Assembly: GCA_964291285.2 (NCBI GenBank)
Contig: OZ219785.1
Span: 640,001 to 704,000, forward strand
DNA length: 64,000 nucleotides
From: Alphaproteobacteria bacterium
Lineage (GTDB): Bacteria; Pseudomonadota; Alphaproteobacteria; Bin95
Direction of reading: 5' to 3'
Below the pieces are notes generated by a model, which saw only the letters and a list, made by a program, of their open reading frames with translations, did not search any database and had not been told where the DNA came from. Of this stretch, positions 19,691 to 33,340 are shown one piece after another. Positions within the stretch are counted from its first letter, which is position 1. Each line of letters starts with the position of its first letter. Both the position numbers and the translations under genes were made by a program.

Positions 19691-20857
19691 TCAACCGGCC
19701 CCGTGCGTCTCCACGGCGTGGCGGCCGATTATGTTGCGCTGGATCTGGTTGGTGCCCTCGACGATCTGGAGCACCTTGGCGTCGCGGAAATAGCGCTCGA
19801 CGGGGTTGTCGGCCGAAATGCCGGCGGAGCCCCAGAGCTGCACCGCGTCGGTCGCGACCGACATGGCGGCGTCGGTGGCCAGGCATTTCGCCATCGCCGC
19901 CCAGGGCGCGAGCGCGCGGCCCGACACGCCCGCATCCGAGAGCGCGGCGGCCTTGCAGACCATCTGCCGGGCGGCCTCGGTGCGCATCGCCATGTCGGCC
20001 AGCATCCAGCGCACGCCCTGGAAGTCCGAGACCGGCTGCCCGAACGCCTCCCGCCCGCGCACATAGTCCGCCGCCAGGTCGAGCGCGCCCTGGGCGAGGC
20101 CGACGCCGCGCGCGCCGATCATCGGGCGCGAGCGGTTGAACGCCTCCATCACCGTCAGCCAGCCCTCGCCCTCGGGCCCGATGCGGTTCTCCTCCGGCAC
20201 GAAGGCGCCGTCGAAGAAGAGCGGGCAGGAGGGGATGCCGCGCGAGCCGAGCTTGCGTTCCGGCTGGCCTATGGTGAGGCCGGGCGTCCCCGTCTCGACC
20301 GCGAACACGGAAATGCCGCGATGGCGCGCACCCGGATCGGTCTTGGCGGCGACGACGATGAAATCGGCTTCCGGGCTGTTGGTGCACCAGGCCTTGGCCC
20401 CGTCGAGGCGGTAGCCGCCCGGCTCGCGGACCGCGCGCGTGCGGATGCCGGCGGCGTCGGAGCCGGACTGCGGCTCGGTGACGGAGATCGCGGCCTTCAG
20501 TTCGCCGCCGGCGAGGCCCGGCAGCCAGCGCTCATGCTGCTCCGGCGAGCCGCCCGCCAGCACGGCCGCGAACGGCGTCCACTGCACCAGCAGCAGGTAG
20601 GCGGTGTTGTAGCACACGCGCCCCAGCTCCTCGATGGCGAGGCAGCCGGAGAGCACGCTGTCCGCGCCGCCGTAACGCTCCGGGAAGGGCAGGGCGAAGA
20701 GGCCGAGGTCGCGCAGCGCCGCGAACATGTCATGCGGATAGGCGGCCTCGCGGTCGATCTCCGCTGCGCGCGGCGCCACCTTCTCGCGGGCGAACGCGCG
20801 CACCGTGTCGCGCAGCAGCCGCTGTTCCTCGCCGAGCCCGAAATCCTCCGCGAGCAC
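19691..20857 (-). CDS. Acyl-CoA dehydrogenase
   Basis: TEPQSGSD, R.AFGQP..DFQ and ERYFRDAK..QIVEGT motifs. Confidence 0.93.
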   Translation of the reverse strand: MLAEDFGLGEEQRLLRDTVRAFAREKVAPRAAEIDREAAYPHDMFAALRDLGLFALPFPERYGGADSVLSGCLAIEELGRVCYNTAYLLLVQWTPFAAVLAGGSPEQHERWLPGLAGGELKAAISVTEPQSGSDAAGIRTRAVREPGGYRLDGAKAWCTNSPEADFIVVAAKTDPGARHRGISVFAVETGTPGLTIGQPERKLGSRGIPSCPLFFDGAFVPEENRIGPEGEGWLTVMEAFNRSRPMIGARGVGLAQGALDLAADYVRGREAFGQPVSDFQGVRWMLADMAMRTEAARQMVCKAAALSDAGVSGRALAPWAAMAKCLATDAAMSVATDAVQLWGSAGISADNPVERYFRDAKVLQIVEGTNQIQRNIIGRHAVETHGAG

Positions 20858-20869
20858 TAACCCGCCGCC

Positions 20870-21985
20870 CTATTCCGCGGCAACGTCAAGCGGCGGGGCG
20901 GCGCCGATCTCGACGCCGGTGTCGTGGGCCTTGAGGCGGGGCAGCACCTTTTCGGCGAACAGGCGCTGGTTCTCGCGCGCGATGTCGTAGGGCATGCCGC
21001 CGTAGGAGAGTGCGGCCAGGAAGCCGCCGCAGCCCGCGCGCTCGACATTGGCGATCACGCCGTCGACCACCTCGTCCGGCGTGCCCCAGACCTGGAGGTC
21101 GGCGAGGAAGCGCACGAAGGTGTCGATGCCGTGCTTGTGGATGTTGCGGGCGAGCGCGCCGTAATACTCGTAGCCCGGAATGTCGGCGAGGCCCTCATTG
21201 TGGAACTCGTAGTGCTTGAGGGCCGAGCGGCAGTAGCCGACGATGTAGTTCTCATACATCTCGCGCGCCTTCTCGCGGTCCTCATGCACGGCGACGAAGC
21301 TCGCGATGATCGGCTTCGGCGCTTCCTCGCCGTCATTGTATTGCCGGTAGAGCTCGCGGTAGTTCTCCAGCTCCTCCAGCGTCTTCTCCCAGGGTTTCTG
21401 GGCGATGATGAGGATGCCGATGCCGAGCCGGGCCATGATCTCCGCCGACTGCGGCGAGACGGAGGCCGCATAGGTGCGCCCGCGGAAGGACTTGAAGGGC
21501 CTGGGGCGGATGTCCGTCGGCGGCTGGCGGAGATGCTTGCCGTCGCTCTCCATGGTGCCGGTCTCCAGCGCACCCATCACCGCCTCGGCATATTCGACGA
21601 AGCGCTCGCGGCTCTCGCCCATTTCGAGGCGGAAGCCGTTGAACTCGACCCGCCCGAGGCCGCGTCCCATGCCGAAGATCACCCGCCCGTTCGACAGGTG
21701 GTCGAGCAGCGCGATCTCCTCCGCGACCCTGACCGGCTCGTGCCAGGGCAGCACGACCACCATGGAGCCGAGGCCGGCGCGCGTGGTGCGCCCGGCCATG
21801 TAGGTCAGGAACTGGGTCACGCTCGGGCACATGGTGTAGTCGGTGAAATGGTGCTCCGCCGACCAGATGCTGTCGAAGCCCATCGGCTCCGCCGCCTCGG
21901 CGAGCGCGACCTCCTGGCGCCAGACCTCGCGATCGGTGAGTTTCTTGTCCGGATTCTGGAAAAAGCAGCTCAGGCCGACATGCAT
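20870..21985 (-). CDS. LLM-class flavin-dependent monooxygenase
   Basis: GFDSIWSAEHHF and PVRVAEE..LLD.LS.GR motifs. Confidence 0.9.
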   Translation of the reverse strand: MHVGLSCFFQNPDKKLTDREVWRQEVALAEAAEPMGFDSIWSAEHHFTDYTMCPSVTQFLTYMAGRTTRAGLGSMVVVLPWHEPVRVAEEIALLDHLSNGRVIFGMGRGLGRVEFNGFRLEMGESRERFVEYAEAVMGALETGTMESDGKHLRQPPTDIRPRPFKSFRGRTYAASVSPQSAEIMARLGIGILIIAQKPWEKTLEELENYRELYRQYNDGEEAPKPIIASFVAVHEDREKAREMYENYIVGYCRSALKHYEFHNEGLADIPGYEYYGALARNIHKHGIDTFVRFLADLQVWGTPDEVVDGVIANVERAGCGGFLAALSYGGMPYDIARENQRLFAEKVLPRLKAHDTGVEIGAAPPLDVAAE

Positions 21986-22100
21986 GGGACGGGCGCGCTC
22001 CTCGGGTCGCATTGGACGGTGTTCGCAGCCCGCCGAACCTGCCCCGTTCCGCGCCTGCGGGTCAAGGGACCGGGTATCGCGGGGCGGACTGGCGAGACAA

Positions 22101-25684
<3,584 letters not shown>

Positions 25685-25687
25685 GGA

Positions 25688-26809
25688 TCACACGCGCATC
25701 GGCATCAGCACATAGAGCGCGCTCGAATCCACCATGTCGCGCACCACTGTGGGCGCTGCCGGGTCGGCGAGCTCGAGCGCCGCCGTGCCGCCTTCGATAC
25801 GGCGCAGGATTTCAAGCAGGTAACGGGCGTTGAAGCCGATCTCCATCGGCGCCCCGTCGAACCGCACGTCGATTTCCTCCGTCGCCGTGCCGTAGGTCGG
25901 ATCGGCGGCGGACAGTTGGACGCTGTCGCCGTCGATGGCGAGCTTGACCGCCCGGGTGCGCTCGGACGAGATCGCCGACACGCGGTCCACCGCCTCGGCC
26001 AGCGCGCCGCTTTCGACTTCGAGCCGCTTGTCGTTGCCGGCCGGGATCACGCGCTCATAGTCGGGGTAGGTGCCGTCGATGAGCTTGGAGGTGAGCTCGA
26101 CGCTGCCGATGACGAAGCGGATTCCGGTTTCGGACAGCGCGATCGAGACATCGCCGTCCTCGCCGTCCAGCAGCTTGCGGAGCTCCTGCACCGCCTTGCG
26201 CGGCACGATCACGCCGCCCGGCATGTCCTCCGCGCCCGCCGGCCTCGGCACCTCGACCCGCGCCAGCCGGTGGCCGTCGGTCGCGACCGCGCGCAGCACC
26301 GGCACGCCCTCATGCTCGGTGGTATGCAGGTAGATGCCGTTCAGATAGTAGCGCGTCTCCTCGGTCGAGGCGGCGAAGCCGGTCCGGTCGATCAGGCCGC
26401 GCAGGTCCTCGGCGGCAAGCTGGAAGCGGCAGGCGAACTCGGTCTTGGAGAGCTCCGGGAACTCTTCCGGCGGCAGGGCGGAGAGCGTGAAGGTGGACCG
26501 CCCGCAGCGCAGCCGGATGCGGTCCGAGCCGTCCTCGGTCTCCAGCTCCACCTGCGCGCCGTCGGGCAGCTTGCGGGCGATGTCGTAGAGCACCTGCGCC
26601 GGCAGCGTGGTGCCGCCGCCCGAGACCGCGTCGGCGTCCACTGTCTCAACGGCGCCCAGCTCCAGGTCGGTCGCCGAGAGGCGCAGCCGCCCGTCTGCCG
26701 CTTCGAGCATGACATTGCCCAGAATCGGGATCGTGTTGGCCCGTTCGACCACGCTCTGCGCATGGCTGAGCGATTTCAGGAACTGGCTGCGTTCGATGGT
26801 GAGCTTCAT
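25688..26809 (-). CDS. dnaN: DNA polymerase III beta clamp
   Basis: ATDLE, ETRYYLNG, ATDGHRL and LMPMRV motifs. Confidence 0.98.
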   Translation of the reverse strand: MKLTIERSQFLKSLSHAQSVVERANTIPILGNVMLEAADGRLRLSATDLELGAVETVDADAVSGGGTTLPAQVLYDIARKLPDGAQVELETEDGSDRIRLRCGRSTFTLSALPPEEFPELSKTEFACRFQLAAEDLRGLIDRTGFAASTEETRYYLNGIYLHTTEHEGVPVLRAVATDGHRLARVEVPRPAGAEDMPGGVIVPRKAVQELRKLLDGEDGDVSIALSETGIRFVIGSVELTSKLIDGTYPDYERVIPAGNDKRLEVESGALAEAVDRVSAISSERTRAVKLAIDGDSVQLSAADPTYGTATEEIDVRFDGAPMEIGFNARYLLEILRRIEGGTAALELADPAAPTVVRDMVDSSALYVLMPMRV

Positions 26810-26894
26810 CGTCGCTCCCGGAGCGGCTATGGTATCGACCGGCTGTCTTTCGGTAGCCAGACAGTATAGCAGCCCCGATTCGGGAGGGGAATCA

Positions 26895-27656
26895 ATGTTG
26901 AACGCCGCCGAACTGGAAAAATACAACGCGGACGGCTACGTGACGCCCGATTTCCGGCTCCCGGAACGGGATCTGGAGGACATCCGCGCGCATCACGACC
27001 GGCTGGTCGCGCGCCACCCCGGATACCGCGATTACTGCCCCAACCTGCTGGCCCACGACCTGGCCTTCCTGAACTGGGCGCGGGTGCCGGAAATCCTGGA
27101 CATGGTGGAGCAGGTGCTGGGCCCGGACATCGCGCTCTGGAACTCCAGCTTCTTCGCCAAGCCGGCGCTGAACGGGCGCAAGACGCCTTGGCACCAGGAC
27201 GGCGAATACTGGCCGGTGCGCCCGCTCGCCACCTGCACGGTGTGGATCGCGGTCGACGCCTCGACGCAGGAGAACGGCTGCCTGAACGTGCTGCGCGGCT
27301 CGCACAAGGACAGGCGGCTCCGCGCCCACGACACCAATGACGACCCGGCCTACACGCTGAACCAGGAGCTGCGCGAGGAGGAGTTCGACGAGGACCTCGC
27401 CGTCCCCATCGAGCTGGAAGCGGGCCAGGTCTCGCTGCACGACGTCTATCTGGTCCACGGCTCGGAGGCCAACAACTCCCCGAAGCCGCGCCGCGGCATG
27501 ACCCTGCGCTACATGCCGACCACCTCGGTGTTCGACCGGGAGATCGCCGCCGGCCTCGCCCGCGACAAGGGCCTGGTGAACCACGCGGACCGCACGCTCT
27601 TCCTCATGCGCGGCGAGGACCGCTCCGGCCGCAACGACTTCCGCATCCGCCTCTGA
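26895..27656 (+). CDS. Phytanoyl-CoA dioxygenase (PhyH) family
   Basis: WHQD..YW, ENGCL and HGS..N motifs. Confidence 0.9.
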   Translation: MLNAAELEKYNADGYVTPDFRLPERDLEDIRAHHDRLVARHPGYRDYCPNLLAHDLAFLNWARVPEILDMVEQVLGPDIALWNSSFFAKPALNGRKTPWHQDGEYWPVRPLATCTVWIAVDASTQENGCLNVLRGSHKDRRLRAHDTNDDPAYTLNQELREEEFDEDLAVPIELEAGQVSLHDVYLVHGSEANNSPKPRRGMTLRYMPTTSVFDREIAAGLARDKGLVNHADRTLFLMRGEDRSGRNDFRIRL

Positions 27657-27688
27657 GGGCGGTCGGGCGGTCGGAGGAACAGGCGGCG

Positions 27689-28888
27689 ATGGCGAACGGC
27701 GGACCGGACCTTGACGGGCTGCGCTTCTTCAGCGAGCCGTTGGACAGGGGCGTCGCCTCCTTCTTCGTTGGCCGCTCTACACTGATCGAGGACATCGAGC
27801 GCGCCACCGCGTCGGCGCTGCGCAATGCTTCGGCAGGTTGGCGGTATGCCAGCCCCACCCGACTCATTCAGGGAGCGCCCGGAGCCGGCAAGTCGGCCCT
27901 GCTCGCCCATCTGGAGCAGAAATGGTCGTTGGCGGGCAAAGCGGCGCCACATGTCCTTCCCGTCCATTTGGAGGAGTTGGCGGACCCGAACCGCATTGCA
28001 CAGGCGATTGCAGCCCGGCTGGACCCGCGCCGGGCGGAACGCTTCCGACGCACGGAGACCCGCAGCGGCAGCATCGGCATTAGCGGCGTCGGCGGCACAT
28101 GGGCTGCCAAAACCGCGCCGCCGGCCGGGTTCGGTGCATTGCGCGACATGTTTCCGCCGGACCGCTGGGAGCGTCCGGTCTGCCTGCTGGTCGATGAGGT
28201 GCAGAACCTGGAGCCCGGCCAGGCGGGCATCGTCCGGCGCCTTCACGAGGCGGTGGACGGCCTGCCCATTGTGCCGGTGTTGGCGGGGCTCGCCAATTCG
28301 CCGCATGTGCTGGCGAAGCGCGGCATTTCCCGGCTGTCTGTCGGGACCGTTCACATGCTGGGACGCTTGGAGCCAGGCCAGCCGGCGGAGTCCGTGAAGA
28401 TGATGCTCGAACGCTTCCGGGTCGAAGCGGCCGAGGTCGAGGCAGCGCGCTGGGCAACCTTGCTGGAAGAACTATCGGACCGCTGGCCGCAGCATCTGCG
28501 TAACGGGATGCGCGCGCTGGCAAACGGTCTGCTTGCATCGGGCGGCGTTCTGGCTTCCGTTGACGAAAAGGCGGTTCTGGCCGGGGCGGAGGAACGCCGT
28601 CTGGACTCTTACCGGGCACGGCGCAGCCCCGAAATGCTCGGCTCCGGCCTGCTGCTGGCCGCCGCGATGGAAGCGGTTCCCGAGGACGGCCTCGGCTATG
28701 TCGAGACGCTTTGCATCATCGAGGAAAGCGCCGGCGCGGCAAGCGGCTGGCGCTTGCCGGCGGGCATGGGGCCGGAAGAATATCTGGACCATCTGGTCCA
28801 CCGGGGCGCGCTCCAGGACGACGGAACCGGACGGCTCGCCTGCCCGATTCCGAGTTTCCGTCAATTCCTGATCGAGGCCGTGAGGTGA
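27689..28888 (+). CDS. AAA/STAND-like P-loop ATPase
   Basis: FVGR, GAPGAGKS and LLVDEVQ motifs; C-terminal CPIPSF. Confidence 0.8.
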   Translation: MANGGPDLDGLRFFSEPLDRGVASFFVGRSTLIEDIERATASALRNASAGWRYASPTRLIQGAPGAGKSALLAHLEQKWSLAGKAAPHVLPVHLEELADPNRIAQAIAARLDPRRAERFRRTETRSGSIGISGVGGTWAAKTAPPAGFGALRDMFPPDRWERPVCLLVDEVQNLEPGQAGIVRRLHEAVDGLPIVPVLAGLANSPHVLAKRGISRLSVGTVHMLGRLEPGQPAESVKMMLERFRVEAAEVEAARWATLLEELSDRWPQHLRNGMRALANGLLASGGVLASVDEKAVLAGAEERRLDSYRARRSPEMLGSGLLLAAAMEAVPEDGLGYVETLCIIEESAGAASGWRLPAGMGPEEYLDHLVHRGALQDDGTGRLACPIPSFRQFLIEAVR

Positions 28889-28903
28889 GCCGGCGGGTCC
28901 CGT

Positions 28904-29356
28904 TCAGACTGCGCGGCTGAGCGGTTCTCCGGTCGGGCAGCAGGCGGCCTGCCTCTCGTCTTCCGCCCTCGGGCCGAGCGCGTTGAAGAGCGCGTCCGTG
29001 TCGTCGGTGATCCGGTACCACTCCCAGCGCAGGCCCTGCGGCTCCGTCGCCCAGACCTTGTTCTGCGTGGCGTGGCAGCAGCGCGTCTCTTCCTCGATCA
29101 GATGGTCGATGCCGGCGGCCTCGAGGCGCTCCGTCGCGGCGGTGACATCCTCCTCGCGGAAGACCTCGACGCCCAGATGGTTGATGCGCTCGCCCGCGCC
29201 GGGGCGCTCGAACAGCACCAGCTTGAGCGGCGGGTTGTCGATGGCGAAATTGGCGTAGCCCGGCTTGCGCTTGTGGACCGGCGCGTCGAACATCTTCGAG
29301 TAGAAGTCGATGGCCTCTTCGAGATCGTCCACATTGAGGGCGAGTTGCAGGCGCAT
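28904..29356 (-). CDS. ArsI/CadI-like VOC metalloenzyme
   Basis: LALNV.DL..AI.FY, GYANF and CCHA.Q.K.W motifs. Confidence 0.88.
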   Translation of the reverse strand: MRLQLALNVDDLEEAIDFYSKMFDAPVHKRKPGYANFAIDNPPLKLVLFERPGAGERINHLGVEVFREEDVTAATERLEAAGIDHLIEEETRCCHATQNKVWATEPQGLRWEWYRITDDTDALFNALGPRAEDERQAACCPTGEPLSRAV

Positions 29357-29367
29357 GGCAGCCTCCT

Positions 29368-29676
29368 TCAGGGCCGGGCCGGAGGCTGGCAGACCCCCCG
29401 GCAGCAATCTTCGGTAAGGAACCGCAGCAGCGCTTCCATGTGCGGGAAGTCGGCGGCATAGACGAGCTCGCGGCCCTTGCGCGCGCGCCGCAGCATGCCG
29501 GCCTCCTTCAGGGCCTTCAGATGGAAGGAAAGCGTCGCCGCCGGAATGTCGAGCGCCCCGGCGATGGCCCCGGCCGGCAGGCCCTGCGGCCCGCGCTCGA
29601 CCAGCAGGCGGAACACGTCGAGGCGCGTCTCCTGCGCCAGCGCGCCCAGGGCGGCGATGGCGGCATCCTTTTCCAT
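29368..29676 (-). CDS. ArsR/SmtB regulator with C-terminal CC
   Basis: ALAQETRL..FRLL, TLSFHL and EDCC motifs. Confidence 0.92.
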   Translation of the reverse strand: MEKDAAIAALGALAQETRLDVFRLLVERGPQGLPAGAIAGALDIPAATLSFHLKALKEAGMLRRARKGRELVYAADFPHMEALLRFLTEDCCRGVCQPPARP

Positions 29677-29706
29677 ATTTCCAATATAGTCGAATTGATG
29701 AGCCTG

Positions 29707-30609
29707 TCAAGCAGCGTGGGACGAAGACCCTCCGGGGGCGGGAACGGGGCGCCCCGTCCCGTGGAAAGCGGGGGCGGCGAAGGCGAGGCGGCGGGCCATG
29801 ACGCGGATGGCTTCCGGGTTGCTGTCCACCAGCACGGCATGCCGGCCGTTGCGGACCGCCGCTTCGCCCGTCGTACCGCTGCCGGCGAAGAAATCGAGCA
29901 CCCGGTCTCCCGGATCGGAATGCACGCGCACGATGCGGTTGAGGATCGCGATCGGCTTCTGCGTGGGGTAGCCGGTCTTCTCCTTCCCGTTCGGGCTCAC
30001 GATGGTCTGCCACCACACGTCGGTCGGCGTCTTGCCGCGCGCCGCCTTCTCCGGCCCCACAAGACCGGGGGCCATGTAGGGGATGCGGTCGATGTCGTCA
30101 TGGCGGTAGGTATAGTTGTCCGGGTCCTTCGCATACCAGAGGATGTTGTCGTGCTTGGCGGACCAGCGCCGTTTCGACCGCGCGCCGTAGTCGTAGGCCC
30201 AGACGATCTCGTTGATGAAGCACTCGCGCCCGAAGATTTCGTCCAGCAGCACCTTGCAATAATGCGATTCCCGGTAGTCGATATGGAGGAAGAACGAACC
30301 CTTGGGCGCGAGCAGGCGGTGCGCCTCCCGCAGCCGGGGTTCTATGAACGCCAAGTAGTCGTCGAAGGCGTCGTTCCAGGAGGAGGCGCCGAGGCGGACC
30401 GTGCGGTAGCGCCTGCCCTGGAAGCCCGTCCGGTCGCCCTCATCGTCGCGGATCGTGCGGAGCCGCGTGCGGGCCTGCGCCTTGCCGGTGTTGAAAGGCG
30501 GGTCGATATAGATGAGGTCGAAGCTGCCGTCCCCGAAGCGGGAGAGCACCTCCAGATTGTCGCCCAGATGGATTTCGAGCTTCGGCGAGGGGCTCTGCGG
30601 GGCCGTCAT
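29707..30609 (-). CDS. Amino-DNA methyltransferase (m6A/m4C, beta class)
   Basis: YIDPPF, then YPTQKP and DFFAGSGTT. Confidence 0.92.
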   Translation of the reverse strand: MTAPQSPSPKLEIHLGDNLEVLSRFGDGSFDLIYIDPPFNTGKAQARTRLRTIRDDEGDRTGFQGRRYRTVRLGASSWNDAFDDYLAFIEPRLREAHRLLAPKGSFFLHIDYRESHYCKVLLDEIFGRECFINEIVWAYDYGARSKRRWSAKHDNILWYAKDPDNYTYRHDDIDRIPYMAPGLVGPEKAARGKTPTDVWWQTIVSPNGKEKTGYPTQKPIAILNRIVRVHSDPGDRVLDFFAGSGTTGEAAVRNGRHAVLVDSNPEAIRVMARRLAFAAPAFHGTGRPVPAPGGSSSHAA

Positions 30610-32306
30610 GCCGCGCGGGCCAGCCGGCCGGGCAGCGCGCCGGTCGCCTCGCCCTCCTCGAAGGTGACCTCGCCGGCGCAGACGGTCGCCCGGTAGCCCT
30701 CGGCCCGCTGCACCAGCCGGCGCCCGCCGGCCGGCAGGTCGTGGACCATGACCGGCGGGCGGATCCGCAGCCGGTCGAAGTCGATGACGTTGATGTCCGC
30801 GCGCAGCCCCGGCTCCAGCCGCCCCCGGTCGGAGAAGCCGTAGAGCGCGGCGGTGTCCGCCGTCTGCGCCTTCACCAGCCAGGGCAGCGGGAAGCCCGGC
30901 CCCCGATGCCTGTCCCGGCCCCAGTGGGTCAGCACATAGGTCGGGATGCTGGCGTCGGAGATCAGCCCGCAATGCGCGCCGCCGTCGCCGAGGCCGAGCA
31001 CGGTGCGCGGATGGTCCATCATCCGGCGGATGTCCCGGTGGTCGAGGCGGCTGTAGTTCACGAAGGGGAAGAAGATCAGCTCCCGCCCCTCGCGCTCCAG
31101 CATCCGGTCCAGCACCAGTTCGCGCGGGTCGCAGCCCTTCCGCTCCGCCTCGGCCAGCACCGAGCTTTCCGGCGCGGGCTCGTAGTCGGGCGGGTCGCCG
31201 AGGGTGAACATCTTGTGGAAGCCGCCGATCACGTCCTGCATCAGCCGGCTGCGGTGGTTGCGCCGCTGGCCGAGCAGCTTCGCGCGGAAGTCCGGCCGGC
31301 GGAGGATCGCCACCCGCTCCGCCAGCGGCAGATGCGCGATCTCCCGGTATGCGGGCATGGTCGAGAAGGGATGCAGCGAAGCGGAGAGGCCGAGCATCAG
31401 CCCGACCGGCCGCGCCGCCACCTGCGCGTGCAGCGCCACGCCGTCGGCGGCGGCTTCCTCCAGATAGCCGAGCACGCTCGCCCACTGGTCCGGGCGCTCG
31501 TCGCGCTGTACCACGGTGAGCCAGGCGCGCCCGTTCGCACGCTCCGCCATGCGGCGCAGCAGGCCGAGTTCGTAGGCCTCCTCGTCGAGGTCGGAAATCC
31601 AGCCGATGGTACGCCCCCCGACCGCGCCGACCGCATCCGCCAGCCCCAGCAATTCGCGTTCCTCGGCGAAGGCGCCCGGCACCCGGTCGCCGTCGGCGGT
31701 CAGGTGCGCGATGGTGCGGGTGGTGGTGAAGCCGCGCGCGCCCTCCTCCAGCGCCTCCCGGACGACATCGGCCATGAGGCGGACATCGTCTTCCGTCGCC
31801 GGCTCGTTGGCGATGCCGCGTTCGCCCATCGCATAGGCCCGGACCGCGCAATGCGGCACCTGCGCGGCGACGTCGATGGCGCGCGGGCGCGTCTCCAGCG
31901 CATCGAGATATTCGGGGAAGCTCTCCCAGTCCCAGGTGAGACCTTCGGAGAGGGCGGCGCCCGGAATGTCCTCCACGCCCTCCATCATGCGGATCAGCGC
32001 ATGGTGCGCGTCCGGGCGGGCGGGCGCAAAGCCGACGCCGCAATTGCCCATCACCACCGTGGTGACGCCATGCCAACTCGACGGCGCGAGTTCGCTGTCC
32101 CAGGTCGCCTGTCCGTCATAGTGGGTGTGGACATCGACGAAGCCGGGCGTCACCAGCGCGCCCGCGGCGTCGATCTCGCGCCGGCCGGGCCCGGCTCTGC
32201 CGCCGGCCTGCGCGATGCGCCCGCCCTCGACCGCGACGTCGCCGGCGAAAGGCTCGCCGCCGGTCCCGTCGACGATCGTGCCGCCGCGAATGACCAGATC
32301 GTGCAT
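30606..32306 (-). CDS. N-acyl-D-amino-acid deacylase family amidohydrolase
   Basis: [22 protein letters not shown] and DGGAH motifs. Confidence 0.9.
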   Translation of the reverse strand: MHDLVIRGGTIVDGTGGEPFAGDVAVEGGRIAQAGGRAGPGRREIDAAGALVTPGFVDVHTHYDGQATWDSELAPSSWHGVTTVVMGNCGVGFAPARPDAHHALIRMMEGVEDIPGAALSEGLTWDWESFPEYLDALETRPRAIDVAAQVPHCAVRAYAMGERGIANEPATEDDVRLMADVVREALEEGARGFTTTRTIAHLTADGDRVPGAFAEERELLGLADAVGAVGGRTIGWISDLDEEAYELGLLRRMAERANGRAWLTVVQRDERPDQWASVLGYLEEAAADGVALHAQVAARPVGLMLGLSASLHPFSTMPAYREIAHLPLAERVAILRRPDFRAKLLGQRRNHRSRLMQDVIGGFHKMFTLGDPPDYEPAPESSVLAEAERKGCDPRELVLDRMLEREGRELIFFPFVNYSRLDHRDIRRMMDHPRTVLGLGDGGAHCGLISDASIPTYVLTHWGRDRHRGPGFPLPWLVKAQTADTAALYGFSDRGRLEPGLRADINVIDFDRLRIRPPVMVHDLPAGGRRLVQRAEGYRATVCAGEVTFEEGEATGALPGRLARAA

Positions 32307-32319
32307 CGCCGCGCCTCCC

Positions 32320-33339
32320 TCAGTTGTAGAACGCCTCGAACGCCGCGCCGACGCGCTCGACATCCTCGGGCTCGATATCCCTGTGCACCACCAGCCGCGT
32401 CACCGGGCCGGGCGATGCGATAACAATATTGCGGTCCTCAAGATGCCGCTTGAGTTCCGCTCCGCCTGGCAGGCCGGCATAGACCATGTTGGTGGAGACG
32501 CGCTGCACCTCGACCACAGGCGCCAGGCGCTCGCCCAGCGCGGCGGCAAGCTCGTGGTCGTCGGCCAGCCGCTCGACATGGGCGTCGAGCGCATGCAGCC
32601 CGGCGGCCGCCAGCACGCCGGACTGGCGCATCCCGCCGCCCAGCATCTTCCTCGCCCGCCGCGCGCGCCCGATGAACGCCTCGTCCCCGGCGAGCACCGT
32701 GCCTGCCGGCGCGCCGAGGCCCTTGGAAAGGCAGAGCGAAACGGAATCGGCTCCCTCGGCCACGGCAGCCGGCGTCTTTCCGGTGGCGGTGGCCGCGTTC
32801 AGCAGCCGCGCCCCGTCGAGATGCACCCTGAGCCCGTGTTCGCGGGCGAGTCCGGCGACCTCCTCCATGTAGCCTTCCGGCAGCACGCGCCCGAGCGTCG
32901 TGTTCTCCACCGCGATCAGCCGCGGCACCGGGCGGTGGAAATCTTCGGGGCGGATCGCGGCACGGAGCCGGTCCGGTGTCACCGTGCCGTCCTCCTCCAC
33001 CGGCAGCACGATCGGCACGATGGAGCCGACCACGGCAGCCCCGCCCGCCTCCGAGGCGACCGTGTGGTAGGTCTCGCCGGTGATATACGCCTCGCCGCGC
33101 CCGCAATGGCTCATCAGCGCCGTCAGGTTGGACTGCGTGCCGGAGGGAAGGAAAAGGCCCGCCTCCAGCCCCAGCATGTCGGCGACGCGCTGCTCAAGGC
33201 GGGCGACGGTCGGGTCCTCGCCATGCACGTCGTCGCCGACCTCCGCCTCCGCCATGATCCGGCGCATGGCCGGCGTCGGCAGGGTCACGGTGTCGCTGCG
33301 CAGGTCGATCCGGCGGTTGGCCATGCCGTTTCCGTCCAT
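32320..33339 (-). CDS. ltaE: Low-specificity L-threonine aldolase
   Basis: DLRSDTVT, HLDGAR, CLSKGLGAP and GGGMRQ motifs. Confidence 0.92.
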   Translation of the reverse strand: MDGNGMANRRIDLRSDTVTLPTPAMRRIMAEAEVGDDVHGEDPTVARLEQRVADMLGLEAGLFLPSGTQSNLTALMSHCGRGEAYITGETYHTVASEAGGAAVVGSIVPIVLPVEEDGTVTPDRLRAAIRPEDFHRPVPRLIAVENTTLGRVLPEGYMEEVAGLAREHGLRVHLDGARLLNAATATGKTPAAVAEGADSVSLCLSKGLGAPAGTVLAGDEAFIGRARRARKMLGGGMRQSGVLAAAGLHALDAHVERLADDHELAAALGERLAPVVEVQRVSTNMVYAGLPGGAELKRHLEDRNIVIASPGPVTRLVVHRDIEPEDVERVGAAFEAFYN

Positions 33340-33340
33340 G

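Noticed and set aside
16729-20139. 1136-aa plus-strand ORF and many other long overlapping ORFs
   Set aside because: Antisense or off-frame shadows of well-supported genes in high-GC DNA, with no motifs
29707-32076. 789-aa apparent methyltransferase fusion
   Set aside because: The N-terminal part is an off-frame read of the deacylase; real start is 30609 with ATGA overlap
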